Shown here piece by piece: positions 46,378 through 59,013 of a DNA stretch of 64,000 bases. Position 1 is the stretch's first letter, and every line of letters starts with the position of its first letter. Source of the stretch: Haliotis cracherodii (taxonomy: Eukaryota); NCBI RefSeq assembly GCF_022045235.1, contig NW_027266330.1, positions 43,028,001 through 43,092,000 on the forward strand. The letters are read 5' to 3'. The position numbers and the translations under genes were made by a program. The notes under the pieces were generated by a model. That model made no database searches, was not told the origin of the DNA, and worked only from the letters and a program-made list of their open reading frames with translations.

Positions 46378-47253
46378 CTATTGCCCACCAGGATCGGGAC
46401 GGGTCACGTTGCATCCTTTGTCTGAAACTACGGTCATATTGCAACCATGAATCTCCGCCGAACCTAATAGCAGCTCCCCTGATTGTTTCGCTGTAGGTAA
46501 GCAGATCCTGTATCTTATCCGGGTGTTTTTCTATGTATACGCTCATGTAGACGTTAAACGCCGATGTCCATGCGCCAATGCCTAATGGACGCGTTTGTTG
46601 TTGTTTGGGTTTAAAAATAATCTGACCTGTGGCGTCGAGCGCCAATGTAAATGCCGACATCTCTTGGGGTGTCTGATTTTGGGCCGATATTAGTTGTTTT
46701 AGCTCAATGAATTCGCCGTTGTGTATTTTTTCCCGTAGTTGTTGGGAAACATGTGATCCGATGTGTTCCGCTCTGATGTTTAACTGTATAGACAGGGTGT
46801 ATTTGTCGCGGGTATGCCAAACATGGTTGGATCGTTTATATTCATAGTTGCGAAAGGATTGGGTGTTTGTGTTTGCTGTTGGGACGGATGCGTGTTATGT
46901 GCGTTTTCGCGTGCTAATGTACTAATGTTTATGTGCCCTTCATTGTTTGAAGACCTATCCCCAGTCGGCATCTGCGTGTCCCCGTTTGTGAGCGTGCTGT
47001 TAGCAAGCCTTGCCGTATTTGTAGGAAGCACTGTGTTAGCCGAGTTTGCATTATGCATAATATTGCTCGAATTGATAAAAACAAAATCACTATCCAACGT
47101 ACCTGCAGTGTTCTGTGGTACTCCGCTGATCAGTCGTGAGCCAATTGGCGCATCCAAGTCTCTTCTATCCACATTTCTGCTAACCCCCGTCCTACTGGCT
47201 TTCGGACCCTTCACCAGTCGGTGGGTCAGCGCCGCTTTCCTTTTAGGAGGCAT
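46052..47253 (-). pseudogene. gag-like gene, frameshifted (copy 4)
   Basis: Same split as copy 1. Confidence 0.85.
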
Positions 47254-47560
47254 CCCAAACGAAGTAATGAGGTGAGGTGAAAACGCTATAGAGGTGAAAC
47301 CGTAAGAGGTGAAATGCTAACCGCCGGACGCGTTGTGTTGTGTTGTTAGAATGACTTGACGGTTTTGGGAGTAAAAGAAGTGACATCACGAGACCACGTG
47401 TAGTGACGTCATGGGAGAAATGACGTATGTTGCCATGGGGAGTATATTGGCGTGTCTTGTGAAAGGAGAATGTTTGTAAACAAATGGTGGAAAATGGTAA
47501 ATGGGAATAGTTACTAGTATTGTTTATGCGGAGCTGACCATAAACCGATTTAGCTAAATA

Positions 47561-48061
47561 ATGCTAAATCATAATAAAAAGTATCGCAGAGCCGTGAATG
47601 CTCTGGACGGAGTTGACACCGCTCTTGTAGTAGCTGGCATGGGACTCGGTGTAGCCGGTGTCGGTTTACTATCAACTATAATCGCCGCGCCTATCGTGCT
47701 CGGCATGGAAATAACCGCCGGAGTCTCGGGACTGGCAGGAATAGCGATAAAATTCATTTCTCGTAGGTTACAAAAGAAAGCATTAAAACACGATAGTATT
47801 CGGATACTCGCCGAAGCAAAGTTGAACAGCATTGAGGATCATATTTCGACAGCAATGGCCGATTGTAAGATATCCGAGGATGAGTTTCGTTTAGTGCTGT
47901 CGGAACTCACCAAATACAACGTAATGAAGCAGGAGATTCGATCAAAATCTCGTAAGACCAATGGTATTAGCGAAGACGAGAAAAAAAAGTTCATAGAACA
48001 AGGGAGGCAACAAGCGCGTCAATTATTCCGTGCCAAAACCAAAGAACTGGTTGGAGATTAA
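47561..48061 (+). CDS. Chimeric truncated Polinton membrane-protein ORF (166 aa)
   Basis: As 13185..13685. Confidence 0.4.
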   Translation: MLNHNKKYRRAVNALDGVDTALVVAGMGLGVAGVGLLSTIIAAPIVLGMEITAGVSGLAGIAIKFISRRLQKKALKHDSIRILAEAKLNSIEDHISTAMADCKISEDEFRLVLSELTKYNVMKQEIRSKSRKTNGISEDEKKKFIEQGRQQARQLFRAKTKELVGD

Positions 48062-48122
48062 AAATAAATTGCTTACTATCGTGTGATTACATTTAGACAA
48101 ATGCTTACATAAATATATAATA

Positions 48123-48380
48123 ATGGAGAAAACTATTAAATGGAGAGAATTACCACAAGGTTTTTATTATATCAGTGATGTCAAACCAACCAAATACGGT
48201 AATCAATTGTTTCTTATCAATTAACAAGAAGAGTGTAGTTATATAGTCTGGTCTCCTGGTAAAATGAACGAAGAACTTAATAAAAATGTTGAATATCGCT
48301 TTATCGATAAAAATAATGAAGAATATTTTTATTACCATTTAGGCTCATCTAAAGCAATGATTGGCCCCAGGTATTGGTGA
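48123..48380 (+). pseudogene. 85-aa Polinton ORF with TTA>TAA nonsense
   Basis: Same nonsense as units 3 and 4. Confidence 0.6.
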
Positions 48381-48389
48381 GCTAGAGCT

Positions 48390-48516
48390 GAATCTCATGA
48401 CTATCGTTGAATCGCATAATCATTTTGGCATAAAAAATTCCATCTGTCGTAGCAGTATAGGTATATGAATCCAGCTCCAGTGGAAGTGGTCCAGAACCCC
48501 CATTACCTATACTACT
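48390..48516. repeat. Polinton right TIR (unit 5)
   Basis: Copy of 3251-3377. Confidence 0.85.
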
Positions 48517-48923
48517 CAAGGTCTCAGCCGGTCGCTTTTCGCTTTCGTGCAACTCTTATCAGGCTGAGCCCCAAACACGCCTTTATTTATGTCTGACAAA
48601 TTCATTTATACTTCCAACCTCTTTGCAATGCCAAAGTCTATCTGCCTATACATTTTTATTCCGTTCCGACTATTTTTGGTTTTTGCCGAAAAGACAGCTA
48701 TCTGTTAAGCCGTTTTGGCTGTATTTTAGCCACCATTGTTGAGTGAATTAAGAAGTTTTTGGATCATTCTCGGATCTTTGCCATGGAAGTTTCTTGTCAA
48801 TTAACGAGGTCTTAGCCGGTCATTTTTCACTTTCGCACAACTCTCATCGGCCATGTTGGGAGCCCCCAAACACCCCTTTCTTTAACTTCCAACCTCTTTG
48901 CTATGCTAAGGTCTACCTATCTA

Positions 48924-49182
48924 GACCCGTGAAGATTCTGGGGTAGAATACCCATGCTTGCCTTAAAAGGCGACTATGCTTGTCGTAAAAGGCGACTAAC
49001 GGGATCGGCTGGTCAGACTCGCTGACTTAGTTGATGCATGTCATCGATCCCAATTGCGCTGATCGATGCTCATGATATAAATCACTTGATTGTCTGGTCA
49101 AGAATTGATTATTTTACAGACCGCCATCATATAGATGGAGTATTGCTGAGTGTGGCGTTAAACAACAAACCAATCCAAACCA
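48924..49182 (+). mobile_element. SINE fragment (unit 5)
   Basis: Copy of 3785-4043. Confidence 0.7.
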
Positions 49183-49184
49183 CA

Positions 49185-51811
49185 GACAAAAAGTTCAAGT
49201 CGCTTTATGTATTTTCAGTGCCTTGTGATTTTTAATGGAATTCATTGTGTATCGGACATCTAAGACTGCATCCATGCACCAAATTTGTTTTGTATACTGA
49301 GACTGATACTTTCTGGTTAGCTTGTGTAAAAGTCAAGTTGCTGAAGTATTTTCAGTGATGAGTGTCAGACATCTAATTCATCCACATACACAATATGATA
49401 TTCTTCCCGAGGACGTATCCTTTCGAAGATGTAAAAGTCATGCACATGACAAAAAGTTCATGTCGGTGTATGTATTTTCAGTGCCTTGTGATTTTTAATG
49501 GAATTCATCTGTGTCGGACATCTAAGACTGCATCCATGCACCAAATTTGTTTTGTATACTGAGACTGATACTTTCTGGTTAGCTTGTAGAAAAAACAAGT
49601 CGCTTTATGTATTTCCAGTGACTTTTGATTTTTAATGGAATTCATTGTGTGTCTGACATCTAAGACTGCATCCATGCACCAAATTTGTTTTGTATACTGA
49701 GACTGATACTTTCTGGTTAGCTTGTGGAAAGGTCAAGTCGCTTTATGTATTTTCAGTGCCTTTTGATTTTTAATGGAATTCATTATGTGGCGGACATCTA
49801 AGACTGCATCCATGCACCAAATTTGTTTTGTATACTGAGACTGATACTTTGTGGTTAGCTTGTGGAAAAGTCAGGTTGCTGAGACATCTAAGAAATCTTC
49901 CACATACACAATATGATATTCTTCCCGAGGATGTAAAAGTCATGCACATGACAAAAAGTTCAAGTCGCTTTATGTATTTTCAGTGCCTTTTGAATTTTTA
50001 ATGGAATTCATTGTGTGTCGGACATCTAAGACTGCATCCATGCACCAAATTTGTTTTGTATACTGAGACTGATAATTTAAGGTTAGTTTGTGGAAAAGTC
50101 AAGTTGCTGATGTATTTTCAGTGATGAGTGTCAGACATAAATATGATATTCCTGAGGATGGATTCTTTCCAAAGATGTTAAAGTCATGCACATGACAAAA
50201 AATTCAAGTCGCTTTATGTATTTTCAGTGCCTTGTGATTTTTAATGGAATTCATTGTGTGTCGGACATCTAAGACTGCATCCATGCACCAAATTTGTTTT
50301 GTATACTGAGACTGATACTTTGTGGTTAGCTTGTAGAAAAGTCAGGTTGCTGAGACATCTAAGAATTCTTCCAAATATACAATATGATATTCTTCCCGAG
50401 GATGTAAAAGTCATGCACCTGTCAAAAAGTTCAAGTCGCTTTATGTATTTTCAGTGCCTTGTGATTTTTAATGGAATTCATTATGTGTCGGACATCTAAG
50501 ACTGCATCCATGCACCAAATTTGTTTTGTATACTGAAACTGATACTTTCTGGTTAGCTTGTGTAAAAGTCAAGTTGCTAAAGTATTTTCAGTGATGAGTA
50601 TCAGACATCTAATTCATCCACATACACAATATGATATTCTTCCCGAGGACGTATCCTTTCGAAGATGTAAAAGTCATGCACATGACAAAAAGTTCATGTC
50701 GGTGTATGTATTTTCAGTGCCTTGTGATTTTTAATGGAATTCATCTGTGTCGGACATCTAAGACTGCATCCATGCACCAAATTTGTTTTGTATACTGAGA
50801 CTGATACTTTCTGGTTAGCTTGTAGAACAAACAAGTCGCTTTATGTATTTCCAGTGACTTTTGATTTTTAATGGAATTCATTGTGTCTTGGACATCTAAG
50901 ACTGCATCCATGCACAAAATTTGATTGTATACTAAGACTGATACTTTGAGGTTAGCTTGTGGAAAAGTCAAGTTGTTGATGTATTTTCAGTGCCTTGTGA
51001 TTTTTAATGGAATTCATTGTGTGTCGGACATCTAAGACTGCATCCATGCACCAAATTTGTTTTGTATACTGAGACTGATACTTTCAGGTTAGCTTGTGGA
51101 AAAGTCAGGTTGCTGAGACATCTAAGAATTCTTCCACATACACAATATGATATTCTTCCTGAGGATGTAAAAGTCATGCACCTGACAAAAAGTTCAAGTC
51201 GCTTTATGTATTTTCAGTGCCTTGTGATTTTTAATGGAATTCATCTGTGTCGGACATCTAAGACTGCATCCATGCACAAAATTTGATTGTATACTAAGAC
51301 TGATACTTTGAGGTTAGCTTGTGGAAAAGTCAAGTTGCTGATGTATTTTCAGTGATGAGTGTCAGACATCTAATTCATCCACATACACAATATGATATTC
51401 TTCCTGAGGACGTATCCTTTCGAAGATGTAAAAGTCATGCACATGACAAAAAGTTCATGTCGGTGTATGTATTTTCAGTGCCTTGTGATTTTTAATGGAA
51501 TTCATTATGTGGCGGACATCTAAGACTGCATCCATGCACCAAATTTGTTTTGTATACTGAGACTGATACTTTCTGGTTAGCTTGTGGAAAGGTCAGGTTG
51601 CTGAGACATCTAAGAAATCTTCCACATACACAATATGATATTCTTCCCGAGGATGTAAAAGTCATGCACATGACAAAAAGTTCAAGTCGCTTTATGTATT
51701 TTCAGTGCCTTTTGAATTTTTAATGGAATTCATTGTGTGTCGGACATCTAAGACTGCATCCATGCACCAAATTTGTTTTGTATACTGAGACTGATAATTT
51801 AAGGTTAGTTT
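49185..51811. repeat. Modular EcoRI satellite array (unit 5)
   Basis: Same monomer order as unit 4. Confidence 0.95.
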
Positions 51812-52489
51812 GTGTAGTGATGTCATGGGAGAAATGACGTATGTTGCCATGGGGAGTATATTGGCGTGTCTTGTGAAAGGAGAATGTTTGTAAACAAATG
51901 GTGGAAAATGGTAAATGGGAATAGTTACTAGTATTGTTTATGCGGAGCTGACCATAAACCGATTTAGCTAAATAATGCTAAATCATATTATGTTCAGACT
52001 ACCTCCGATGAAAAGATTAACAAACAATGATGTTTTGTGGGATATAATGGGCAGAGTGTGGATGAGGCAGTCGGGGGGATAAGCAAGGTCCTACCGCGGA
52101 CTAGAAATCGCATACAGCCCCTATCGCGGGTCAAGTTGTCCCTCCACCGTGCTTGGCAGACAGGACCCACAGCAAAGATACTATCACTCCCCCCGCGGAA
52201 ACAGCGGGCAGAAGAATTTGGGCTCCCACTGTAATTAGCAGGCAGCCAGAGTATCATACACACACCAGCATGGTGTTAAACCAAATCCCCCGACTGCACC
52301 ATGCCAAACAGCGGGGTGCAAAATGTATAAATACACTATGCACACCGCTGACATCCACACATTATATTATATTTGCATTAAATTATGATGTGGAAGGGAG
52401 ATGGGGAGTGGATAAGAGACTGGGAAGGAAAAGAAAATTATGCGCCTCCCCCCAAAGTGAAGTTATACATACTTACCCGAACAGTACCT

Positions 52490-53022
52490 TTACTCATCAC
52501 TAAACAATGTCCTGCGTACATTTGATTTAAAATGGGCCATGCCCGACCGGTTTAAATGAACTCCCCGAGGAGTATAAAATGGAGCATCATGTTTGATCTG
52601 AGGGTGGGTACACCTTAGACCCCCCTCTTCCCTGATCACTCCCGCAATCCGCCTATTAATCAATTTTCTTTTCAGTTCAATCCTTTTAACATTGCTGGCT
52701 CCTCGCCAGGTTTGTCGAGGCAACATGTCAGACCATACCAATTTGGTATTCGGGAGTTTAAGTTGAGCGTATGTTATGTCCAGATACATGTTTTCATAAA
52801 GTTCCTTTGTCCCCTTTGTACACAGATCATTTGATCCAAGGTGGATAACCAGAAGCTTCGGCTGGGGATGGCGGGCAACAAGTGTATCCACTGCCTTGCG
52901 GAATTCCCCCCACTTCATTCCGCCCTTTGCATGCCAGCGGGTACCCGTCAGTAGGGAGTCCGATGTAGTGGCCAGATGGTCGTGGAATCGGACCATATTA
53001 CTGGACCCGATACACCATACAT
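52490..53022 (-). CDS. SGNH hydrolase-like exon (copy 5)
   Basis: As copy 1. Confidence 0.85.
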
Positions 53023-53367
53023 CTGAAACTTAAAACACACTAGCAGCATCTTTGTTATAATAACATCTGCTTTATCTTTACCTANNNNNNNNNNNNNNNN
53101 NNNNNNNNNNNNNNNNNNNNNNNNNNNNNNNNNNNNNNNNNNNNNNNNNNNNNNNNNNNNNNNNNNNNNNNNNNNNNNNNNNNNNNNNNNNNNNNNNNNN
53201 NNNNNNNNNNNNNNNNNNNNNNNNNNNNNNNNNNNNNNNNNNNNNNNNNNNNNNNNNNNNNNNNNNNNNNAGTTAGTGAAAAAGTATGTATTATCCCGTT
53301 ACCCCCGTGGAACCGCAACAGGCAGGAACGGCTGGTGAGTCTGTGTTTGTTTCTGCTAGGTATACTG

Positions 53368-54363
53368 TTAAGTGGTGAGTTGAGTAATGCGGATATATTT
53401 GCTGTAACAGTTTGATTTCCAACGCCCATATTTCTGAATCTGCTTGGAACTAACCCCATTAATTGCTGCTGTGGTAGCCGCTCCAATGCGAAAAGAGTGT
53501 GACGAAAACAAATGAAGATTGAGGTGTGGTAAAGAAAATGACAGGGCCTTTCTTAACATTGACTGAAATTGGAATCTATTTAAAGGACGTCCATCAAAAT
53601 GGACGAACACATGACCGTGCACTGGTGGTCTGATGGATAGAAACTGTTGCATTGCTCTGACAGGACACAGTCTAGAGTGAAGGATAGCTGTTATTTGTAT
53701 TTGCACACCTCTGCCGCCCTGATCCGTTTTGGATGAGCGTAAACATATCGTTATGTGACTTATATCTGCTGCCACATGAATATCAGACAAAAGACACGCC
53801 TTATGCGAGAAATCCTTGGCTGACCCTGCCACCAGCTCGCTGATTCTAAAGAATCCAAAAAATGCAAGCAGGTATGCAGCTGTGAAAAGAGACGTTTCGT
53901 AAACTGAAGCACAAACTACCGGTAATGCTGTGACAATAACAGACAATAAGTCAACTGTAATTGGGAGTCGAGTGTCAGCCTTCTGTTTCTGTCTGACAAA
54001 TCCAATCAAGGCTTTCTGAATAAGAAAATGGGATGTTAGGTCATGCATACCATGTAACTTTTGCCATGTTGTTAATGCTGATATATACGACTTTGCCGTG
54101 CGAGGAGATTTTCCTGTTAAGGAGAGATGAGCGATAAAATGCATAAGGTGATCAACCGGGGCGGGCCAAATGTGTGGCAGGCTGAAAGAGATGCGGAAAA
54201 CATTAAATGACTTTAGTGCAGACTCATACAGGTTCCATGTGTTGAGTGCTAGAGAAGACTGCACTAGACGTTGCACCTCTGTCGTCAGATCTGCCATATG
54301 TCCTGTGGTATGTGTGCTGGTATCTCGTCTGCCTGCGGTGCTGCTTCTTTGAACCTGGACCAC
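53368..54363 (-). CDS. Tyrosine recombinase (copy 5)
   Basis: As copy 1. Confidence 0.95.
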   Translation of the reverse strand: MVQVQRSSTAGRRDTSTHTTGHMADLTTEVQRLVQSSLALNTWNLYESALKSFNVFRISFSLPHIWPAPVDHLMHFIAHLSLTGKSPRTAKSYISALTTWQKLHGMHDLTSHFLIQKALIGFVRQKQKADTRLPITVDLLSVIVTALPVVCASVYETSLFTAAYLLAFFGFFRISELVAGSAKDFSHKACLLSDIHVAADISHITICLRSSKTDQGGRGVQIQITAILHSRLCPVRAMQQFLSIRPPVHGHVFVHFDGRPLNRFQFQSMLRKALSFSLPHLNLHLFSSHSFRIGAATTAAINGVSSKQIQKYGRWKSNCYSKYIRITQLTT

Positions 54364-56207
54364 TGAAATCTCGAAAGTGCATCAGCTATAACGTTTGCAT
54401 GCGTTGGAATATACGATGCTTTGAACAAGATATCATGTTGTAAACAGAGGAGTATCAGGCGCCTAAGCAACGACATAACTCGTGGTGGTTTTGCTGTTTG
54501 TTTATTGATAATTGCTACCACTGCTTGGTTGTCACAAACAAACAACACTCGCTTATTTCGTAGATGTCTGCCCCACAGTCTTACTGCCAATACAATTGGA
54601 AAAAGCTCTAGCATAGTGATGTCTTTAGTCCATCCATTCTGCACCCACTCGTTAGGCCATCTGCCATTGGCCCATCTGCCCATGAAAAAGGCTCCGAAAC
54701 CATGGTTACCTGACGCGTCGGTAAACAAATGTGTATCCGATGAATTGATCCACTCTGAATCTATAAATTCAGTAGTGCCATTGTGGTTTTGAAGAAATTG
54801 CCGCCATAAATTGAGGTCCTCGCGTATGCCTTGTGTTATCCTTATTCTGTGGTGAGGTTTTGACCCTCCGCGCTGTGCGTCAATGAGGCGTCTTAAAAAG
54901 GCGCGACCAATCGGAATTGCCCTACATACAAAATTAAGTTTCCCAAACAAGGACTGCAAGTAGTGTAATGTTGTTTTCTTCTTAAAAGGTGATAAAAGAG
55001 TATCTATTTCCTGCGTAAGCGGCACTACCTTATCCCTCGGTATGCTAATTTGCGCTTTGACTGTGTCTATTGTGATACCCAGGAACGTCATGTTTGTTGT
55101 AGGTAGAACCGTTTTGTCCTTTGCGACGGGAACGCCCATGTTTTGTAATAACTCCAGAGAGGACTGGAGAGTTTGTTGACACTTATTAGAGGCTAGTGCT
55201 GCCAATGCAAAATCATCCAAATAATGTTGTATGTTATCATTTTTGGTGTATTTCCTGAGTACCCACTGCAAAAATGTGCTAAACTTTTCAAATGTTGCAC
55301 ATGATATGGAACAGCCAAATGGAAGACATTTGTCAAAGTAGAAATTATGTTTGAATTGTATGCCCAGAAATTTAAAGTCATCTGGTCGTATAGGTATGAG
55401 GCGAAATGCAGACTTTATATCAAATTTTGCCATGTATGCACCCTTGCCTAATCCTTGTATAGCGGATAGCACCTGGTCAAAGCTAGTGTACTTGACTGTT
55501 GACACCTCGTGTGATATGTAGTCGTTTACAGACTCTCCCTCAGGGTATGACAGATGGTGAATAAGTCTGAACGTTTGCTGAACTTGTTGATTATTGTGAT
55601 TTGACTTCTTCGGAACGAGACCGATTGGAGAAACTATCATATCTTGAAATGGTGGTGCTGTAAATGGACCTGCAATTCTACCTAGATCAACTTCTTTTTG
55701 TAGCATTGTTGCCACCATGTTAGGATGTTGTTGTGCGGATTTTAAATTGTATGCCATTCTAGGACCCGGTGGACCCGTGTACTGTAGTGGAAAACCTCGA
55801 GAAAAACCTTCCGATAAAAACATAGCATCTGATGCGTAAAAGGGGGTGTAAATACTGAGCCAATGTGACAATACACGCATACTAATGGGTGTTGGCACTA
55901 GGCCTTGAGTTGGTATTGTTTGGGTTGGGTTTTGTTTGAGTACGGGGGGTTTTAACGCCCCCTTTTTGACGAAAGCATGTGTGTGGGCCGTGTGCAGTGC
56001 TGTCACATGTGATGCATTTGTGTGCATATCGGCAGAAAGACCTTGTACATCCGAATTTGTTAAAATCCCAGCAAAACTTTGGGGTGCTACCGGTATTTGC
56101 GCTATCCGCGTTGAGATTGCTGCGGTTGGTGGTAGTGGTGGTGTTTGTGACGCGCGCGTGTGCTGCTTGTTGATTTGGAAGCATATGTTGTAACCATAAA
56201 TGGCCAT
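54285..56207 (-). CDS. RT-RNase H (copy 5)
   Basis: As copy 1. Confidence 0.95.
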   Translation of the reverse strand: MAIYGYNICFQINKQHTRASQTPPLPPTAAISTRIAQIPVAPQSFAGILTNSDVQGLSADMHTNASHVTALHTAHTHAFVKKGALKPPVLKQNPTQTIPTQGLVPTPISMRVLSHWLSIYTPFYASDAMFLSEGFSRGFPLQYTGPPGPRMAYNLKSAQQHPNMVATMLQKEVDLGRIAGPFTAPPFQDMIVSPIGLVPKKSNHNNQQVQQTFRLIHHLSYPEGESVNDYISHEVSTVKYTSFDQVLSAIQGLGKGAYMAKFDIKSAFRLIPIRPDDFKFLGIQFKHNFYFDKCLPFGCSISCATFEKFSTFLQWVLRKYTKNDNIQHYLDDFALAALASNKCQQTLQSSLELLQNMGVPVAKDKTVLPTTNMTFLGITIDTVKAQISIPRDKVVPLTQEIDTLLSPFKKKTTLHYLQSLFGKLNFVCRAIPIGRAFLRRLIDAQRGGSKPHHRIRITQGIREDLNLWRQFLQNHNGTTEFIDSEWINSSDTHLFTDASGNHGFGAFFMGRWANGRWPNEWVQNGWTKDITMLELFPIVLAVRLWGRHLRNKRVLFVCDNQAVVAIINKQTAKPPRVMSLLRRLILLCLQHDILFKASYIPTHANVIADALSRFQWSRFKEAAPQADEIPAHIPQDIWQI

Positions 56208-57083
56208 CTATTGCCCACCAGGATCGGGACGGGTCACGTTGCATCCTTTGTCTGAAACTACGGTCATATTGCAACCATGAATCTCCGCCGAACCTAATAG
56301 CAGCTCCCCTGATTGTTTCGCTGTAGGTAAGCAGATCCTGTATCTTATCCGGGTGTTTTTCTATGTATACGCTCATGTAGACGTTAAACGCCGATGTCCA
56401 TGCGCCAATGCCTAATGGACGCGTTTGTTGTTGTTTGGGTTTAAAAATAATCTGACCTGTGGCGTCGAGCGCCAATGTAAATGCCGACATCTCTTGGGGT
56501 GTCTGATTTTGGGCCGATATTAGTTGTTTTAGCTCAATGAATTCGCCGTTGTGTATTTTTTCCCGTAGTTGTTGGGAAACATGTGATCCGATGTGTTCCG
56601 CTCTGATGTTTAACTGTATAGACAGGGTGTATTTGTCGCGGGTATGCCAAACATGGTTGGATCGTTTATATTCATAGTTGTGAAAGGATTGGGTGTTTGT
56701 GTTTGCTGTTGGGACGGATGCGTGTTATGTGCGTTTTCGCGTGCTAATGTACTAATGTTTATGTGCCCTTCATTGTTTGAAGACCTGTCCCCAGTCGGCA
56801 TCTGCGTGTCCCCGTTTGTGAGCGTGCTGTTAGCAAGCCTTGCCGTATTTGTAGGAAGCACTGTGTTAGCCGAGTTTGCATTATGCATAATATTGCTCGA
56901 ATTGATAAAAACAAAATCACTATCAAACGTACCTGCAGTGTTCTGTGGTACTCCGCTGATCAGTCGTGAGCCAATTGGCGCATCCAAGTCTCTTCTATCC
57001 ACATTTCTGCTAACCCCCGTCCTACTGGCTTTCGGACCCTTCACCAGTCGGTGGGTCAGCGCCGCTTTCCTTTTAGGAGGCAT
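55882..57083 (-). pseudogene. gag-like gene, frameshifted (copy 5)
   Basis: Same split as copy 1. Confidence 0.85.
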
Positions 57084-57389
57084 CCCAAACGAAGTAATGA
57101 GGTGAGGTGAAAACGCTATAGAGGTGAAACCGTAAGAGGTGAAATGCTAACCGCCGGACGCGTTGTGTTGTGTTGTTAGAATGACTTGACGGTTGGGGAG
57201 TAAAAGAAGTGACATCACGAGACCACGTGTAGTGACGTCATGGGAGAAATGACGTATGTTGCCATGGGGAGTATATTGGCGTGTCTTGTGAAAGGAGAAT
57301 GTTTGTAAACAAATGGTGGAAAATGGTAAATGGGAATACTTACTAGTATTGTTTATGCGGAGCTGACCATAAACCGATTTAGCTAAATA

Positions 57390-57890
57390 ATGCTAAATCA
57401 TAATAAAAAGTATCGCAGAGCCGTGAATGCTCTGGACGGAGTTGACACCGCTCTTGTAGTAGCTGGCATGGGACTCGGTGTAGCCGGTGTCGGTTTACTA
57501 TCAACTATAATCGCCGCGCCTATCGTGCTCGGCATGGAAATAACCGCCGGAGTCTCGGGACTGGCAGGAATAGCGATAAAATTCATTTCTCGTAGGTTAC
57601 AAAAGAAAGCATTAAAACACGATAGTATTCGGATACTCGCCGAAGTAAAGTTGAACAGCATTGAGGATCATATTTCGACAGCAATGGCCGATTGTAAGAT
57701 ATCCGAGGATGAGTTTCGTTTAGTGCTGTCGGAACTCACCAAATACAACGTAATGAAGCAGGAGATTCGATCAAAATCTCGTAAGACCAATGGTATTAGC
57801 GAAGACGAGAAAAAAAAGTTCATAGAACAAGGGAGGCAACAAGCGCGTCAATTATTCCGTGCCAAAACCAAAGAACTGGTTGGAGATTAA
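57390..57890 (+). CDS. Chimeric truncated Polinton membrane-protein ORF (166 aa)
   Basis: As 13185..13685, with one A>V change. Confidence 0.4.
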   Translation: MLNHNKKYRRAVNALDGVDTALVVAGMGLGVAGVGLLSTIIAAPIVLGMEITAGVSGLAGIAIKFISRRLQKKALKHDSIRILAEVKLNSIEDHISTAMADCKISEDEFRLVLSELTKYNVMKQEIRSKSRKTNGISEDEKKKFIEQGRQQARQLFRAKTKELVGD

Positions 57891-57951
57891 AAATAAATTG
57901 CTTACTATCGTGTGATTACATTTAGACAAATGCTTACATAAATATATAATA

Positions 57952-58209
57952 ATGGAGAAAACTATTAAATGGAGAGAATTACCACAAGGTTTTTATTATA
58001 TCAGTGATGTCAAACCAACCAAATACGGTAATCAATTGTTTCTTATCAATTTACAAGAAGAGTGTAGTTATATAGTCTGGTCTCCTGGTAAAATGAACGA
58101 AGAACTTAATAAAAATGTTGAATATCGCTTTATCGATAAAAATAATGAAGAATATTTTTATTACCATTTAGGCTCATCTAAAGCAATGATTGGCCCCAGG
58201 TATTGGTGA
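57952..58209 (+). CDS. Small Polinton protein (85 aa), duplicate
   Basis: Identical protein to 2984..3241. Confidence 0.5.
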   Translation: MEKTIKWRELPQGFYYISDVKPTKYGNQLFLINLQEECSYIVWSPGKMNEELNKNVEYRFIDKNNEEYFYYHLGSSKAMIGPRYW

Positions 58210-58218
58210 GCTAGAGCT

Positions 58219-58345
58219 GAATCTCATGACTATCGTTGAATCGCATAATCATTTTGGCATAAAAAATTCCATCTGTCGTAGCAGTATAGGTATATGAATC
58301 CAGCTCCAGTGGAAGTGGTCCAGAACCCCCATTACCTATACTACT
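58219..58345. repeat. Polinton right TIR (unit 6)
   Basis: Copy of 3251-3377. Confidence 0.85.
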
Positions 58346-58752
58346 CAAGGTCTCAGCCGGTCGCTTTTCGCTTTCGTGCAACTCTTATCAGGCTGAGCCC
58401 CAAACACGCCTTTATTTATGTCTGACAAATTCATTTATACTTCCAACCTCTTTGCAATGCCAAAGTCTATCTGCCTATACATTTTTATTCCGTTCCGACT
58501 ATTTTTGGTTTTTGCCGAAAAGACAGCTATCTGTTAAGCCGTTTTGGCTGTATTTTAGCCACCATTGTTGAGTGAATTAAGAAGTTTTTGGATCATTCTC
58601 GGATCTTTGCCATGGAAGTTTCTTGTCAATTAACGAGGTCTTAGCCGGTCATTTTTCACTTTCGCACAACTCTCATCGGCCATGTTGGGAGCCCCCAAAC
58701 ACCCCTTTCTTTAACTTCCAACCTCTTTGCTATGCTAAGGTCTACCTATCTA

Positions 58753-59011
58753 GACCCGTGAAGATTCTGGGGTAGAATACCCATGCTTGCCTTAAAAGGC
58801 GACTATGCTTGTCGTAAAAGGCGACTAACGGGATCGGCTGGTCAGACTCGCTGACTTAGTTGATGCATGTCATCGATCCCAATTGCGCTGATCGATGCTC
58901 ATGATATAAATCACTTGATTGTCTGGTCAAGAATTGATTATTTTACAGACCGCCATCATATAGATGGAGTATTGCTGAGTGTGGCGTTAAACAACAAACC
59001 AATCCAAACCA
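58753..59011 (+). mobile_element. SINE fragment (unit 6)
   Basis: Copy of 3785-4043. Confidence 0.7.
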
Positions 59012-59013
59012 CA

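Larger units (their letters stand above)
41977..47573 (-). mobile_element. Ngaro-type YR retrotransposon, copy 4
   Basis: Near-identical, same junctions. Confidence 0.92.
51812..57402 (-). mobile_element. Ngaro-type YR retrotransposon, copy 5
   Basis: Near-identical, same junctions. Confidence 0.92.

Noticed and set aside
13198-57402. Pure assembly artefact (one unit repeated)
   Set aside because: Units carry private differences (9-bp duplication, 4.9-kb insertion, frameshift, different masked-tract lengths, nested SNP sharing). Exact copy number still needs read support.
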